The notes under the pieces are model-generated. The model was not told where the DNA came from and did no database searches. It worked only from the letters and a program-made list of their open reading frames with translations. From the NCBI GenBank assembly GCA_965178125.1, contig OZ237759.1, positions 434,001-498,000 on the forward strand: a stretch of 64,000 nucleotides of DNA. Direction: 5' to 3'. Position 1 is the first letter of the stretch. The number at the start of each line of letters is the position of its first letter. The translations under genes were made by a program, and so were the position numbers. The DNA is from Bilabrum cf. latius. Lineage: Eukaryota. Shown piece after piece: positions 13,038 through 24,827 of this stretch.

Positions 13038-16000
13038 TCACTTTCTCCTGCGCCTGGCAGCTCTTGGAACGAAGGACAGCCCCTTCTTCGCAGCAGCTCC
13101 ACCGCCGGAACCCGTCCCCGTTCCTGTAGCAGCCCCGCTCGATTCGCTTGCCCCAGCCTTTGCCTCCGCCCCCACCTTCATCTTATGTTCCTCACTGCTC
13201 CCCACGCCAAAGGCAGCCGTGAGACCAGTCCCGGAGCCCTCTCTGCCTGTGCCTCGGAACTTGTCCACCACGGCCGACTTGCAGGGCACGGCTTTCAGGG
13301 GCCTGTCGCGGTGCACCACCGTCCCGCTCTTGGCCAGATCCATGGCCGCACGGACCGCGGCGCTCGGCGGATTTACCCCTTGTTCCGGTTTGGCGTCTCC
13401 GCCGGTGGTTGCAACCGCGTCGGGCCTCTCCTAGAAGAGCACCATGGCGGTGCCCTTGGACCTGCCCCGGGGGTCGCGGAACAGAACCACCTCCTCCACG
13501 GCCCCGCACCTGCTGAAGAGGCCCCTCAGCTCTGCGGGAGTGGTGTGGCGATTGAGGCCGGGTACGAAGACCGCGTGCGGGTGGGGCCTGTCCCCGTCCT
13601 CCGTCTTGCCACCTTGTTCCCTGGATCCTTGTTGCCTGGCATCCCCTGCGGCCCTTGCATCATGACCCGTCGCGCCTCCACCGCCGACTGAGGACTTGGA
13701 TTCGGAGCCGGATCTCGGCCGATAGGCCCGGATGTTGATGGCGCGGCCGGCGAGCACCCTCCCGTCCGCCGCGAGGCATTTTTTGGCCTCGGTTTCCGAT
13801 CGGAGCACCGCGAACCCGAAGCCCGCGTGCCCCTTGCCCCCGTCCCTCCGCTTGCTCATCTGCAGGTTCACCACCGAACCCTCGCCAGCGAACTCTTCGA
13901 GCATGCCGGTGATGACGTGGAAGGGCAGGGTGTTCTTGACGTTGCCCAGGAACAGCTTCCTCTCGGGCGAGGCTGGCCCGTGGGAGCTCTTTCCGGTGTG
14001 ACGAGTGGATTCGGATGCAGCACCACCGTGCGATGCATCCTGTTCCCCACCGTCGGTCCGGCGGCGCTTGGATGGCGGCACCACGCCCTCGCCCCTGGCA
14101 TCGCCTTCTTCCTCCCCGTTTCCATCGCCCTCCATGGCTGCCTGTGCCCTCACCCGGCCTGCCTTATCACCCTCTTTCTCTTTGGCCCCTCCCATCATGG
14201 CAGCGAATGCAGCCATGGAAAACCCACCCTTCGCTCCTGCTCCTCCTGTCCCGTCTCCGGATGCTGCGCCGGTGCTGGCCAGTTGCTCGGCTGCCTTGCT
14301 TGCTGCTGCCGCCGCGGCTGGCTTGCCCCCCTTCTTGGCCTCAGTCCCTTCGTCGACATCTATCGGTCGCGAGCGCTTGCTGCCGAGTCGAGCTGGCTCG
14401 GTCGGTCCAGTCGTCGCCCCTGCTGCCCCCGCTCTTGCCCCGGCCTCGTTGGATGCAGCGGGCTGCTGGCTGCCGGGGTGCCTGGGCGGCTGGCCCTTCT
14501 GCTTGCGAGCTGGCTTGGGCTATTTGGGCTGCTTTGGCTTGGCTCGCTTCCCGCCGGGCACCTGCTTCATCTTGGTTGCAACCTTCGCCTCGGCCTCTGC
14601 TTGTTCCCTGGCACTCCCGAAGCACGACTCAAGCCGCCCCAGGGCCAAGCCGCTCACCTCCACCTCCCCCGCGCTCCTGGCGTAGTGCAGCGCCTGACGA
14701 AAGCTCCGACGGGCGGTTGCAACCATCTCCGCGGTTGCAACCGACTGGGATGCGAGCGACAGTGCCAGATCCCCGCACCGCCGCCAGCACTCGTCACGCC
14801 TGGAGACAGGCACGAAGGACGGGTCGGCGAAACCGGGATCCTTCGCTGGTGGCTGTGCCGCCTCCCCGACCGCACTGCCGTCCTTCGTGGCATGTTTTCC
14901 GGATTCGAATCGCAGCGCAGCCTCCATGGAATTGATCGCCTCAGTAGGGCGGATCATCCCAATCGTCACACCGAGATCGGCCGCGAGATACGCGAGTTCT
15001 GCGTGCAGCTGGGAGGCACAGCCCTGGGCGTCCTCACTCGTCACACCAGACTGCGCGTCAGCCCACTTGCGCGACCACTCTACCACGGCGTGGAACACGG
15101 CCTTGGCCTGCAGCAGCGCCACTTTGTCCACCCTAGCGACAGCCTCCACGGCCCCGGCACCTCCCCCCTCCCTTTCCTCCTTGCCTCTCCCCCTCTTGCC
15201 CTTCCTCCTCCCACTGCCCTCTGCCTCGTACACGTCCCCCAGGGAACACAGGCCCACCAGCCGAGCGGCACCTCGCAGTGCTGACGCACCCACCCCCAGG
15301 GCGCCATCGGCTCCCAGCGCGGGCAGGTGCCTGGTTCTCCACAGGACGCAAAGCACCCTACCGGCATAGGTCGACACCCTCGCAGCGCTCAGTGAAGGGA
15401 CCTCTGTGGCAGAGGGGGGGCCTCGGGCAGGGGCAGGAGCTCGTGGCAGGCCGGCTGGTGGGCGGCTGGGGCCGAAGGTGCTGCCCTCCACCTCACTCGT
15501 CACATCGTCGCCGTCGTCCTGCATCGGCGTGGACCGATCCGTTCCCCACGGCCCCCAAGGGGAAATCCCCTCAGCCTAGCCGGGAGCAAGTGCGGCCAGG
15601 GCTAGGGGTAGCAGGCCATCCCAGCCCTCCATTTCACTCATCACACCTCCATCGGACCGGTGTGACTGGATGCACTGCCTTGCAGCGTCGAGGGCCTCCG
15701 CGTCCCCCGCAGGATCGCATCCTCTGGGTGCACCGCACTGCAGCAACCTCGGCACCCCCTGCGCCGGCGCCCCCGCAGGCCCGAGGAGGTCCTTGTGCGT
15801 GAGCCCAGAGGCGGCGGAGTCGATCTGCTCAACGGCTAGTTTCAGCAGGGCCGCGCTGGTGGGGACGTTGCGGGCCGCGCGGCGGCTCACGCCCAGCAGC
15901 GAGAGTTCTTGCTTGCGACCAGCAAGACACTCGACGTAGGCATGCCACAGGCGAGCAGATGCGTAGCAGTCGGTCGCAAATGCCCTCTCGAAGGCGAGCA

Positions 16001-17216
16001 TTCCACGGGACAGCCCTCCACTCGTCATCTCGTGCCGGCACAGGGTCTCCCAAGCAGCCTCCAGCCGCGCCACGGCGGCCTGCGCACTCGTCATACCCGA
16101 CTGACCCTCACCAGCTCCACCGCTGCTGCTCGAAGAGCAAACTTGTTCCCTGGCCTGCTTGACCTCTGCCTCCATCGGCTCCGAATCTTTCTGCAGCCGC
16201 AGCGTCCTCGCCCTGCCCTTGCTCGCCTTTTTCGCCTGTGGGTCGGCCGACTCTGCCACGGCCCGGGCGAGATCCTGGCTGCTGGATTTCGATTCCGGGT
16301 CGATGCTTGCCAGCTGAGCGAGCATGGCGAGGGGGTCGGTCTGTTCCCCGACCGACGGAGCGCTGCCTGAGTGCGCTGCCTCGCCAGCACCGGCGCCTCC
16401 AGCACTGGGGCCAGAGCCAGTCGCAGCTTGAGCTTGAGTGCCTGCAGCAGCTCCACCGACCGCATCGGCCTCTCTTAGGGCATTGCTCCACGCCGCAGGA
16501 AACTGTTCCCTGTCCCTAGGTTGCGACCAGTCCACGGCCACCCACCGGCCGCAGAGGGCGAGCACGGCGGATCTGGCGCCGCTGGCTGCACCCCTGCCGC
16601 CCGACTGCGCCGAGCTGGCCGCCCGTTCCATGCACGATTCTAGGGCTGCTTGCCACGCTGGGTTGCCCAGGACGGGGTGCAGCCCGCTGGCATTCGCGTG
16701 CAACGAGCGTTCGAGAATATGCGCAGCTGCTCGCTGCAGCCGAGCGTCCTCCGCGTCCTCGTCCTCGTCTGAGTCTTCGCCCTCGTCGTCGCTACCGTCA
16801 GAGCTGGATCGCAAAGAAGGGATATTTGGCGGTTCGCCAGCACTTGTCTGCAAGCGTAAACAAGGCAAGAATGGAAGCCCGTCGATCTCGGCCATTTTTG
16901 AGTAGCTCAGCCAAATGTCGGATGCCAGCGGGCAGTCGCCGAGAGCCCGCTCGAACAATTCCGTGTAATTTATATTTAATTGTTTCATGGCTTCGTCCGC
17001 TCCATCTTCGGAGACTTCGGCCAAGAACTACCGCCAATCCGAAGCTGGCAGTGGGATCCCTCGCGACAATTTCAGAAAAGCCGTCAGCTTCTGCGAGATT
17101 GGAGCGCCCTTGGTCTTCAACTGCTTGATAAGCTCCAAGTTTGCAGAGTAATCTAAGGCGGTAGCGCCTGCAATCGCTGATGCAGCGGTGTCCTATGACT
17201 AGCCTGATGCCGCCAT
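13038..17216 (-). CDS. SART3: SART3/Prp24-like U4/U6 recycling factor (HAT repeats + 2 RRMs)
   Basis: N-terminal DYSANLELIKQL..LFERALGDCPLASDIWLSY, HAT-like AFERAFATDCYASARLWHAYVE and SRRAARNVP, two RRMs (KLFLGNV..GFGFAVL; AVFVPGL..KGTAMVLF), C-terminal LSFVPRA. One frame with 6 TAGs, stop TGA. About 1392 aa. Confidence 0.82.
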
Positions 17217-17410
17217 ACTTCAAAAACAGATAGATAAAGCCTGTAGTACCCAGTCCTTGCAAGGAAGCAAAGTATTCAAGTGAATGATGGTGGCGACGAT
17301 CGACCCAATCTACTTCCAAAAAATGCTTGAATGTGGTGAGGCAGCCACCCAAACCGGAATTTAGTTGTCCACACATCCAAAGCGGCGGTCGAACACTCAA
17401 GGAGACCCGT

Positions 17411-19109
17411 TCACGCGGTTTCTTCGCCCGCAGATTCCTTGCTGTCTCCCTGGTGCTCTCCATCAGATGATGCCGCCGCCCCGTTGCCGCCCCCGCCCCT
17501 CTTGGCCCTGTAGGCCTCCATCATCTGGTCCAGCTCCTCCAGGCTGGGCGCTGGTTTGCTCTCCCTCTCTTCGCCAGACCCCTTGCCCTTGCGTCCCTTG
17601 CGACCAACCGGACCCTTGGGCACCTCGGCCTGCTGCACCTCACCGGCACGGTCGTCGTGCAACCCCCCACCGTTGCCGTTACCGTCCTCCCCTCTCCGTC
17701 CCCTGCCGCCGCGCCTGCGCCCGTCACCGCCACCATCCGCGTCCCAGTCCCGGCCCCGGCCCCGTTCGCGGTCTTGGCCGCGGCCCCGCCCGCGCCGGGA
17801 CCCGGAATCGGAATCCCCCCCGAGGAACACCTCCCTCGCCCGGGCATCATCGTCCCTGTACCCCCTAGGTGGGGGCGCACCCCCCCCACGCCCCCCTCGC
17901 GAGGACCCAAAGTCAGGTCCCCTCCTCCCCGCACCGTAGTCGATTCCCCCCCGCACCCCGGGCACGACCCGCCGGCCCCCCCCCTCTAGGGTCACCCGCC
18001 CGTCATCTCTCGTGTCACCCCCGTCAAACCAGGCGGCCGCCTCGCTGCCCGCCCCCGGACTGGTCCGCAAGCCCACCGCCCTGTTCACCACAGTTGCGTT
18101 CGAGCTCCTCAGCAGGTCTGTCTTCACATGGTCCACTGCAGATCCGACCATGAAGCACCGGATGGTCTGGCCGTCCACTTCCCTGCCGTCGAACTGAGCG
18201 ATGGCCTCCTCGGCGTCTGCCTTGCGGCGGAACACGACATCTGCCGTGCGCTGCGAGAGCATGGTAAAATAGAGTGGGAGGGTTCGCATTGGAGAAACAT
18301 TTGCAGGCTAGCGCAGAGCCAAGGGTATCTTGGTCGGATTAGCACTAGACTCTCCCAGTGGGGGCCTGCCGTGGCGACGAGGACCGAAGGCACATATGCC
18401 GCCCACAGAAAGGAATGCGAAGCCAACGTTGGAGGCAAATCGACTGAGGCATTCGCCCAACATAGAATACATCTCTGGCTTGGCTCACCTTGCTCTTGCC
18501 CCCCGCGTCCGTGTGAACCACCGCGCTCCGAACCGCTCCGATCGCACTAAACACCGCGACTAGGTCCTCAGCTGTCACATCAGGTAGCAGGTTTGTTACC
18601 ATGATGCTTGTGCCGAGTGTGATGGCGGCTGCTCCGCTGGCAGGGAGCGCAGCGCCACCATCTCTACCAATTGTTTCCACTTTGCCGACGATGTCTGAGA
18701 ATCGGTCGGATCCGCGAGCCTCTAGACCGGAGCTATTGTAGACAACCTCAAAATTCCGGGATGGCGATCCTCGACGATAGGAATCATTACCTCCCCGGTG
18801 ATCTTGCCGGTCCCGCCTGCCGCCGCGACCCCGGACACCTCCTCTACCACGATCAAACGAGCGGTCGTCAGCGCGACGAGGCTCTCTCCTATTCTATATT
18901 TTATCCTAATTTCTGCCCCTCTGTCTTCTGTCGCGATCCTGCCGCGTGCGCTCCTGTCTGCTTGGTTTGGCACCGCCTAGTGCCTCGTCGGCTGCCTTCT
19001 CAAGATCCGACTTTGGCTTCGCGTCTTTCTTCTGCCTCCGTTCAGTCTGAGCCGAACTGCGTCTCTCTTCAATGATAGCTGAAAGCGGCTTGTCGATCGC
19101 ACTTGACAT
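17411..19109 (-). CDS. ALYREF: ALY/REF (THOC4) mRNA export adaptor (2 exons)
   Basis: N-terminal AIDKPLSAIIE and C-terminal SLEELDQMMEAY motifs, RGG regions, and one RRM (SIMVTNL..GKSK|RTADVVFRRKADAEEAIAQFDGREVDG) split by phase-0 intron 18488-18251. Two TAGs near 18894-18908. Stop TGA. Confidence 0.88.
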
Positions 19110-19310
19110 GCTCACGGGTGGAAAATCTGATCGCGTACTTTCGGTTGGCCGGAACTGCCTGCAAGCGGCCTTTCGTGAACCGTGGCAACCCGCAGCCTGG
19201 GCCTATCATTGGACAAGGCAAGCGCCAACCAACCCCTCTCAACGTCCAAATCAGTCCCATTTGCTCGCCCACAACTCATCGCACGACCCTAATCAAACGA
19301 TACAGAAGTC

Positions 19311-22300
19311 TCAAGTCGCCCCTCCAAGTCCCGCTCCCAGCAGGTCTGGGATCCCCACGGGCCTCCGCACCGCGTTGCTGAACCCCTCCAAGTACGTGAA
19401 CAGCACGTCCGTCTCTGTGCTGGCCCACCACTCGTCACTACCCGCCGGGGCAGAAAACCCCCCACCAGATCCGTGGCCCAGCTAGCCCCTGCCGGTTGCA
19501 ACCGGAGCCAGCTGCCCCGCCGCGTGCAGCCGAGCCACGGCCTGCTCCTGCACCGTCCGCCGCCGCTTGCTCGGCTTCCCGTGCTCGCCCACCGGAGCAG
19601 GTGCTGCGCTGCGGCTGCCCCCAGCGAGGAAATCCGCCATCGAAGTTGCGCGGCGCCCGCCTGCGGAACCGCTCTGGGACAGCTGTGCAGCAGCAGCGGT
19701 TGTCTCGCTGCTGCTGCTGCTGCTGCTGCTCGTAGCGCTTGCCGGCGGAATCGACGGGCTCTCTGCCAACTGACTCTGCGCGGCGCCACTACCCTGGTTC
19801 CGCTGGCGCCGCGCAGTCTGCATGAGATGCTTGACATGCGCGGGCAGCTCCACTCTCTTCCTCTTCCTGCCCGCAGCACCGGGTGCAAAGCCGCCGTACC
19901 CTCCGCCCCTGCCCGACCCACGGCCCCCAGCCCCCTCCCCACCCTCGTCCCCCTCGCCGCCCCCGAGGCCCAGCGCCTCTGCAGCCAGCTGCTCGTCATC
20001 CTCACCGTCGGGCCCGTCACCCCCGGCAGACGGTAGCTCGCCTTCCGCCAGCCGCCTCGCCTCCGCCGCCCGCGCGCGAACCCTGACGAACTCCCGACGA
20101 ACCTGCTGCGCCACCACCTCCCGCACCACCCCCAGCGTGGGCTTTCTCCCGGACCCGGAATCGAAAGCGCACTGCCCCCTGTAGTCCAGCAGCGCCAGCA
20201 TGTCGGGCCTCAGCTCGAACCGCCAGTCGTCGCCCCCGTCCCGCGCCGATGTCCTGGCTCGCCTGCCGCTCCCGCCACCCGTCCCACCCAGCATCCCAGT
20301 TCCTCCGCCACCCTCTTCCTCCAGGGGTCTCGGTTCGAACCCCTTGGCTTCCCCCGACCCCCTCTCGAAGTTCATGCCGGTGGCCAGCAGCACGTCCCTG
20401 AGCCGCTCCATGTCCCTTGTCTCTCTCGAGTTGAACAGGCCCAGAGACACGGGCCTGATCTACGGATTCACGATCGTGGTCACTGAGGGAACAACGTCGA
20501 GCACCGCTGTGCGCAGCTGCAGCAAGCCCAGCCCCGCCTGGCAGCTCAGGTCGCGAGGCCCCAGGCCATGCCGCCTCCTGGCCATCTCCTTCATGTGCTC
20601 CGCCGCCGCAACGGCAACTGCGGCTTTGCCCCTCCCTAGCATGAAGCTTCTGGCCAGGTCCTCTTTGGCCACCCTGTCATATCGGACCCTGCGCTCCTCC
20701 TTTGGCCACCTGCACCTCCTCGCCGCGGATCCGTCGGGCTTGCACGCGGCGTGCACTCCCATGGCCGATGTGCCACCAACGTGCATCAGCTGGTAGGCCT
20801 GTCTGGTCTTGGCGCGGTGCAGACCAACATCGCCATACGACAGCCAGTCCGCCGCTTTGGCCGTCTGCTCCATGGTCGGGTCCTAGTACCCCATGACTGG
20901 GTAGTTGCAGCGCACGCCGTCCAGAAGCAGAGAGGAATCCACGGATCGGCTGGACAAAAGATCGAAGAGAGCCCTGGCACGGTGGTCAAAGTGGAGATGG
21001 CCACCCGCGGGCAGACCGCCGTGGTGCTTCCTGGGCGTCCTGAATTCCGGTTTCCCTTGTCCCCTGCCGCCCCCAAGGGCTCGGCTCGCCAGCCCCCCCC
21101 CACCCAGCCCAGACCCCCCCCCGCCCGAACCGGTCCCTCGGAACACCGCGTTCCACACATCGAAAGCGCTCTTTGTGTCGTCCCTTGCCCCTACTGGCAG
21201 CTGCTCCACGATGTCTGCGGTCAGCCGGAACGTCCCGCTCTTGGCCCTGCCCGTCTGCCTGGCTCGTTTCCCGATCGTCTGCAGGGTGTTGATGCACCCG
21301 CGGATGTCGTTGCCACACCGGTTCATCACCGCCTGCAGACCGTCGTGAGTGGCGAAAATCCCCTCCGCGCTGCATATCTTCTTCAGTAGGCCCAGCAATC
21401 GAGTGCTGCTGGGCCTCTCGCACTCAACCACCTGTGCGTGTTCCCTCAGCCGCCGAAGCACCGGGGCGTAGAGGTCGTTGCAGGTGCATATGACGGGCCG
21501 TGTGAGCTGCTGGCGGGTGCTTCCCTTGCCCTTCTTCTTCTTTTTGGCGCCGCCGGCGTCGTCGCCACCCGCAGCCGATGCGCCTTTCTTGCCCTTGCCC
21601 TTCCCCTTCCCCTTCCGCTGCTCCTCATCACCATCGTCTCCATCGCCCTGCCCCTTGCGTTTCGGCATGCCTGGGGCGGGTGTCTTCTCTATCATCTTCA
21701 CGAGGAAATCCACGGCAGACGCATCCAGACCGTCGATCTCGTCTAGCAGCACCATCCTAGGCCTGTCTCCCTTGGCTGAGATGGACCGGGAGTGCATGGC
21801 TGCTTCTAGGCGGGGCCGGAGCGTGGTCACGGTGCGGTCGTCCGAGGCATTCAGCTCGGTGAGCTCGTACCCACAGTGCTTGGCCACAATGTGGGCGAGC
21901 ACGGTCTTGCCCACGCCAGCGGGACCCGCCAGCAGCACGATCCGAGCGTCCCTTCGCCAGCCCCTGGGCCACACCTGCGAATAGTAATCCGATCCAGACC
22001 CTGACCCGGGCTTGCCCCCCGCGCCACCCGCAGTTCCGGTTTTCCTTTCCTGCGCGGCGCCCTGCCCTGGGGCCCCGAAGAACGACTGCGACCTCTTTTC
22101 GCTCTGCGAAGCACTTGCTCCGGCCGGGTCGCTCGCTCTCTTGCGCCTGTCCCTGCCGAATACCTGTCTGTCCCACAGGTGCACCCATTGCAGCATCTGA
22201 GGTAAAAAAGGAATTGATGGATTCACAGGCAATGTGCAGTGGCAGAGTAGCAACAACAGGATGAGAAACCCACAGTGCAGTGCACACATACAATATTGGG

Positions 22301-23253
22301 GTATGCGCCGATGTCAACGTTTTGAAACTCCGTCTCACCGATCGGTTGATGTGCTCGGCTGTTAGCAGCTGCATGAAATGCGTGGGCTGATACCTGTCGG
22401 TCCATTTCTCTGCTGACTTCCGCGCCCTCTCCCTCTGTTTCTTGGTCATCCCGCGCGCGACTGCGGCCGATGCTGCCCCGCTCCTCACCATCACCGGCAG
22501 GCTGGATCCGGAGCCGGAACCTGCCTTGGCCAGCCGTGCTCGCTCGAGAGCATCTGCTCGGCGGTCCGCCTCTACCTCTGCCAGAAGGGACTGCATGCTC
22601 TGCCCCAGCAAGGGGGCGTCTTCGGCGTGGTTGCGACCGGCTTGCGCTCGGCTGGTGCTCGGCGGGGCGGCCAGGCCCTCCGATTGCCGGAGCGCGCCTT
22701 CCGCATCGACTTCCAAGAAGAGCATCTCTCCAGATTCCGGGAGAACCATGGGCAGGCTGGGGACCCCTTCGGGGGGGCGCTCCATCAGGTATCCGAACGG
22801 GTCCAGCGGCGGAACTTCCAACTCTGAATCCTGACTTGGGCTTGCCCATGCCTGCTTCATTTCCTGCGTCAATGAAATGGCGGGGCGATCTGTATCATCG
22901 CGAAGACCAGACCCGACGTACCGCTCAGGTGCAGCAGGAGCCCCAACCTTTTCGGGCGTGCCTGCCTTGCTCGTCGTGCTATCGTACTGCAGCTGGCGTT
23001 TCGACTCGATCCCGCCCTCAAACTTTCCTGCGACGTAGCAGCCGACTCAGGCATTTCTAGACAGGCAACACGTCTTCCCAGTGGTCACGTTGTCGAGACA
23101 AGTGCAACTACTTAGCATGGATCGCAAACAGCCTGTCTCACCCTCGTCTTCAAAATCAATCATGTCTTCTTCTTCCGCATATTTATCCAAATCATCATCG
23201 TCTGGCCCATAGGCCGCAGCCATTGCCTCTTCATACTCCAAATCGGCCGCCAT
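19311..23253 (-). CDS. CHTF18: Chromosome transmission fidelity protein 18 (RFC-like AAA+ clamp loader; 3 exons)
   Basis: KWTDRYQP, NRS|MLQWVHLWD, Walker A GPAGVGKT, ELNASDDR, LLDEIDG, RPVICTCNDLYAP, DIRGCINTLQ, and C-terminal VLFTYLEGFSNAVRRPV. Introns 23141-23028 and 22338-22197. TAGs at 20883, 20460, 19482. Stop TGA 19311. Confidence 0.92.
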
Positions 23254-23374
23254 TTTCGTGTGGAATTCGAACCAATTTTTTTGAATTTCGCCGCGCATTT
23301 TGCGGAACCAGATATAGGGCCGCGCATCGAGATATTTTCTCCCCTGAATTTGTTCGCATATTGAGTCACTTATC

Positions 23375-24571
23375 ATGTCTGCTGCTGAGGTGCCCGTGTG
23401 GGGATGGCTCCTTCTGTCATTTGGGGTTCCAACTGTGCTGTTGTTATTGTGGGGATGGGCGTGCTCCCCAGTGTACTTCCAGTACACAGGAAAGGTTGTA
23501 GCGGTATTTGGAGGATCCAGTGGTATTGGGAAGTCTATCAGTCTCGAGGCGTTAAGAAGGGGGGCGCGCGTTGTTTTGATTGCGAGGAAAATCGCGGTTC
23601 TCGACGAAGCCAAGGCCTGGCTGCAAGCAGAGCTGAAGCTCTCTGCGGACGAAGCAAGCAACAAGATACAAGTGGTCTCGTGCGACTCTACAGATGAAAA
23701 GGCTTGCATTGAAGCTGCCTCCAGGGTAAAGCAGTCGATGGGCGGGGTGGACATGCTCGTCTACTCTGCAGGCATCTCGGAGCCCGCCAAGCTCGTCGAC
23801 CTCCCTGCCAGCACCTTCCGCCGCGTGCTCGACGTGAACGTATTCGGAGCTAGAAACGCCGTGGTATCTTTCCTGCCGCTGCTGCAGGCAAGCGGGCACG
23901 GGAGCGCCCAGGGCGCCAGAGTCGTCCTCGTCGGCTCGACCCTGTCCGTGTTCGGCCTCTACGGTCTGGCGGCCTACAGCGCCTCCAAGGTGGGCATCTT
24001 CGGGTTTGCGCAGGCCTTACACCAGGAGCTGCTCCCCGACAACATCCGAACGTGCCTGACCCTCCCCGCCGATACGGACACCCCTTTGCTGGCGAGGGAG
24101 AACGAGACCAAGCCGCAGCTGACCAAGGACATCTCGGGGGCGGCCTCCACGCAGTCCCCCGAAGAGGTGGCCCAGGGAACAATGGAGGGTGCGGCCAGGG
24201 GTCAGTTCCTCATCACCACGGAGTTCACCACCTGGCTCATGACCCTCACCTCCGCGGGGATGGCACCCGCCCCCACCCTGGGGGAGAAGATCCCCCAGGT
24301 GCTTCTTGCCAGCCTTGTGAGGTGCGTCGCGCTTTGGTTCCAGTGGTCCTGGGATGGAATCCTGCTGGCGGAGCGGGAGGCGGCAAGGAATAATTTTTTG
24401 GAGGGCGGGCTGCGAGCTCCTCTGATGGGTGCAGGGCAGGATGGTGCAGGAGAAGAAGCCGGCAAGCCGGCCCGTTCTCGCGGAGCAGAGGCCGCCGATG
24501 GTTCCGAGAAATAGGCGTCTCAGGAAAAGCAAGGCATCGCGGGGGTGAAAGCGTCGAAGAAAGCAGAGTGA
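23375..24571 (+). CDS. KDSR: 3-ketodihydrosphingosine reductase-like short-chain dehydrogenase
   Basis: N-terminal TM segment, GGSSGIG, YSASK, PADTDTPLLARENETKP motifs. Reading TAG 24512 extends it to TGA 24569-24571 and gives the C-terminus ASKKAE, a KKXX ER-retrieval signal. Confidence 0.88.
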
Positions 24572-24827
24572 AGCTTCAAAATCACATTACTCAGGTATCG
24601 TGTATCTATACTCATCGCCCATTTGACGTTGTCTTCCGCGGTGTTCCTGGAAATGTCCGCGCTCGTCACATAATTGTAGCTATCCGGGATATTTGTGGAG
24701 AGATGGTAAATGGTCACATTAAGCGTGGAGATTCTATAACCTGTTGCCAAAGCCTAGGCTTATCGATTGTTAGATTATACCACACCAAATAGTGCTGCTG
24801 AGGTGTGGCAACAAGCTGTGGTTGGCC

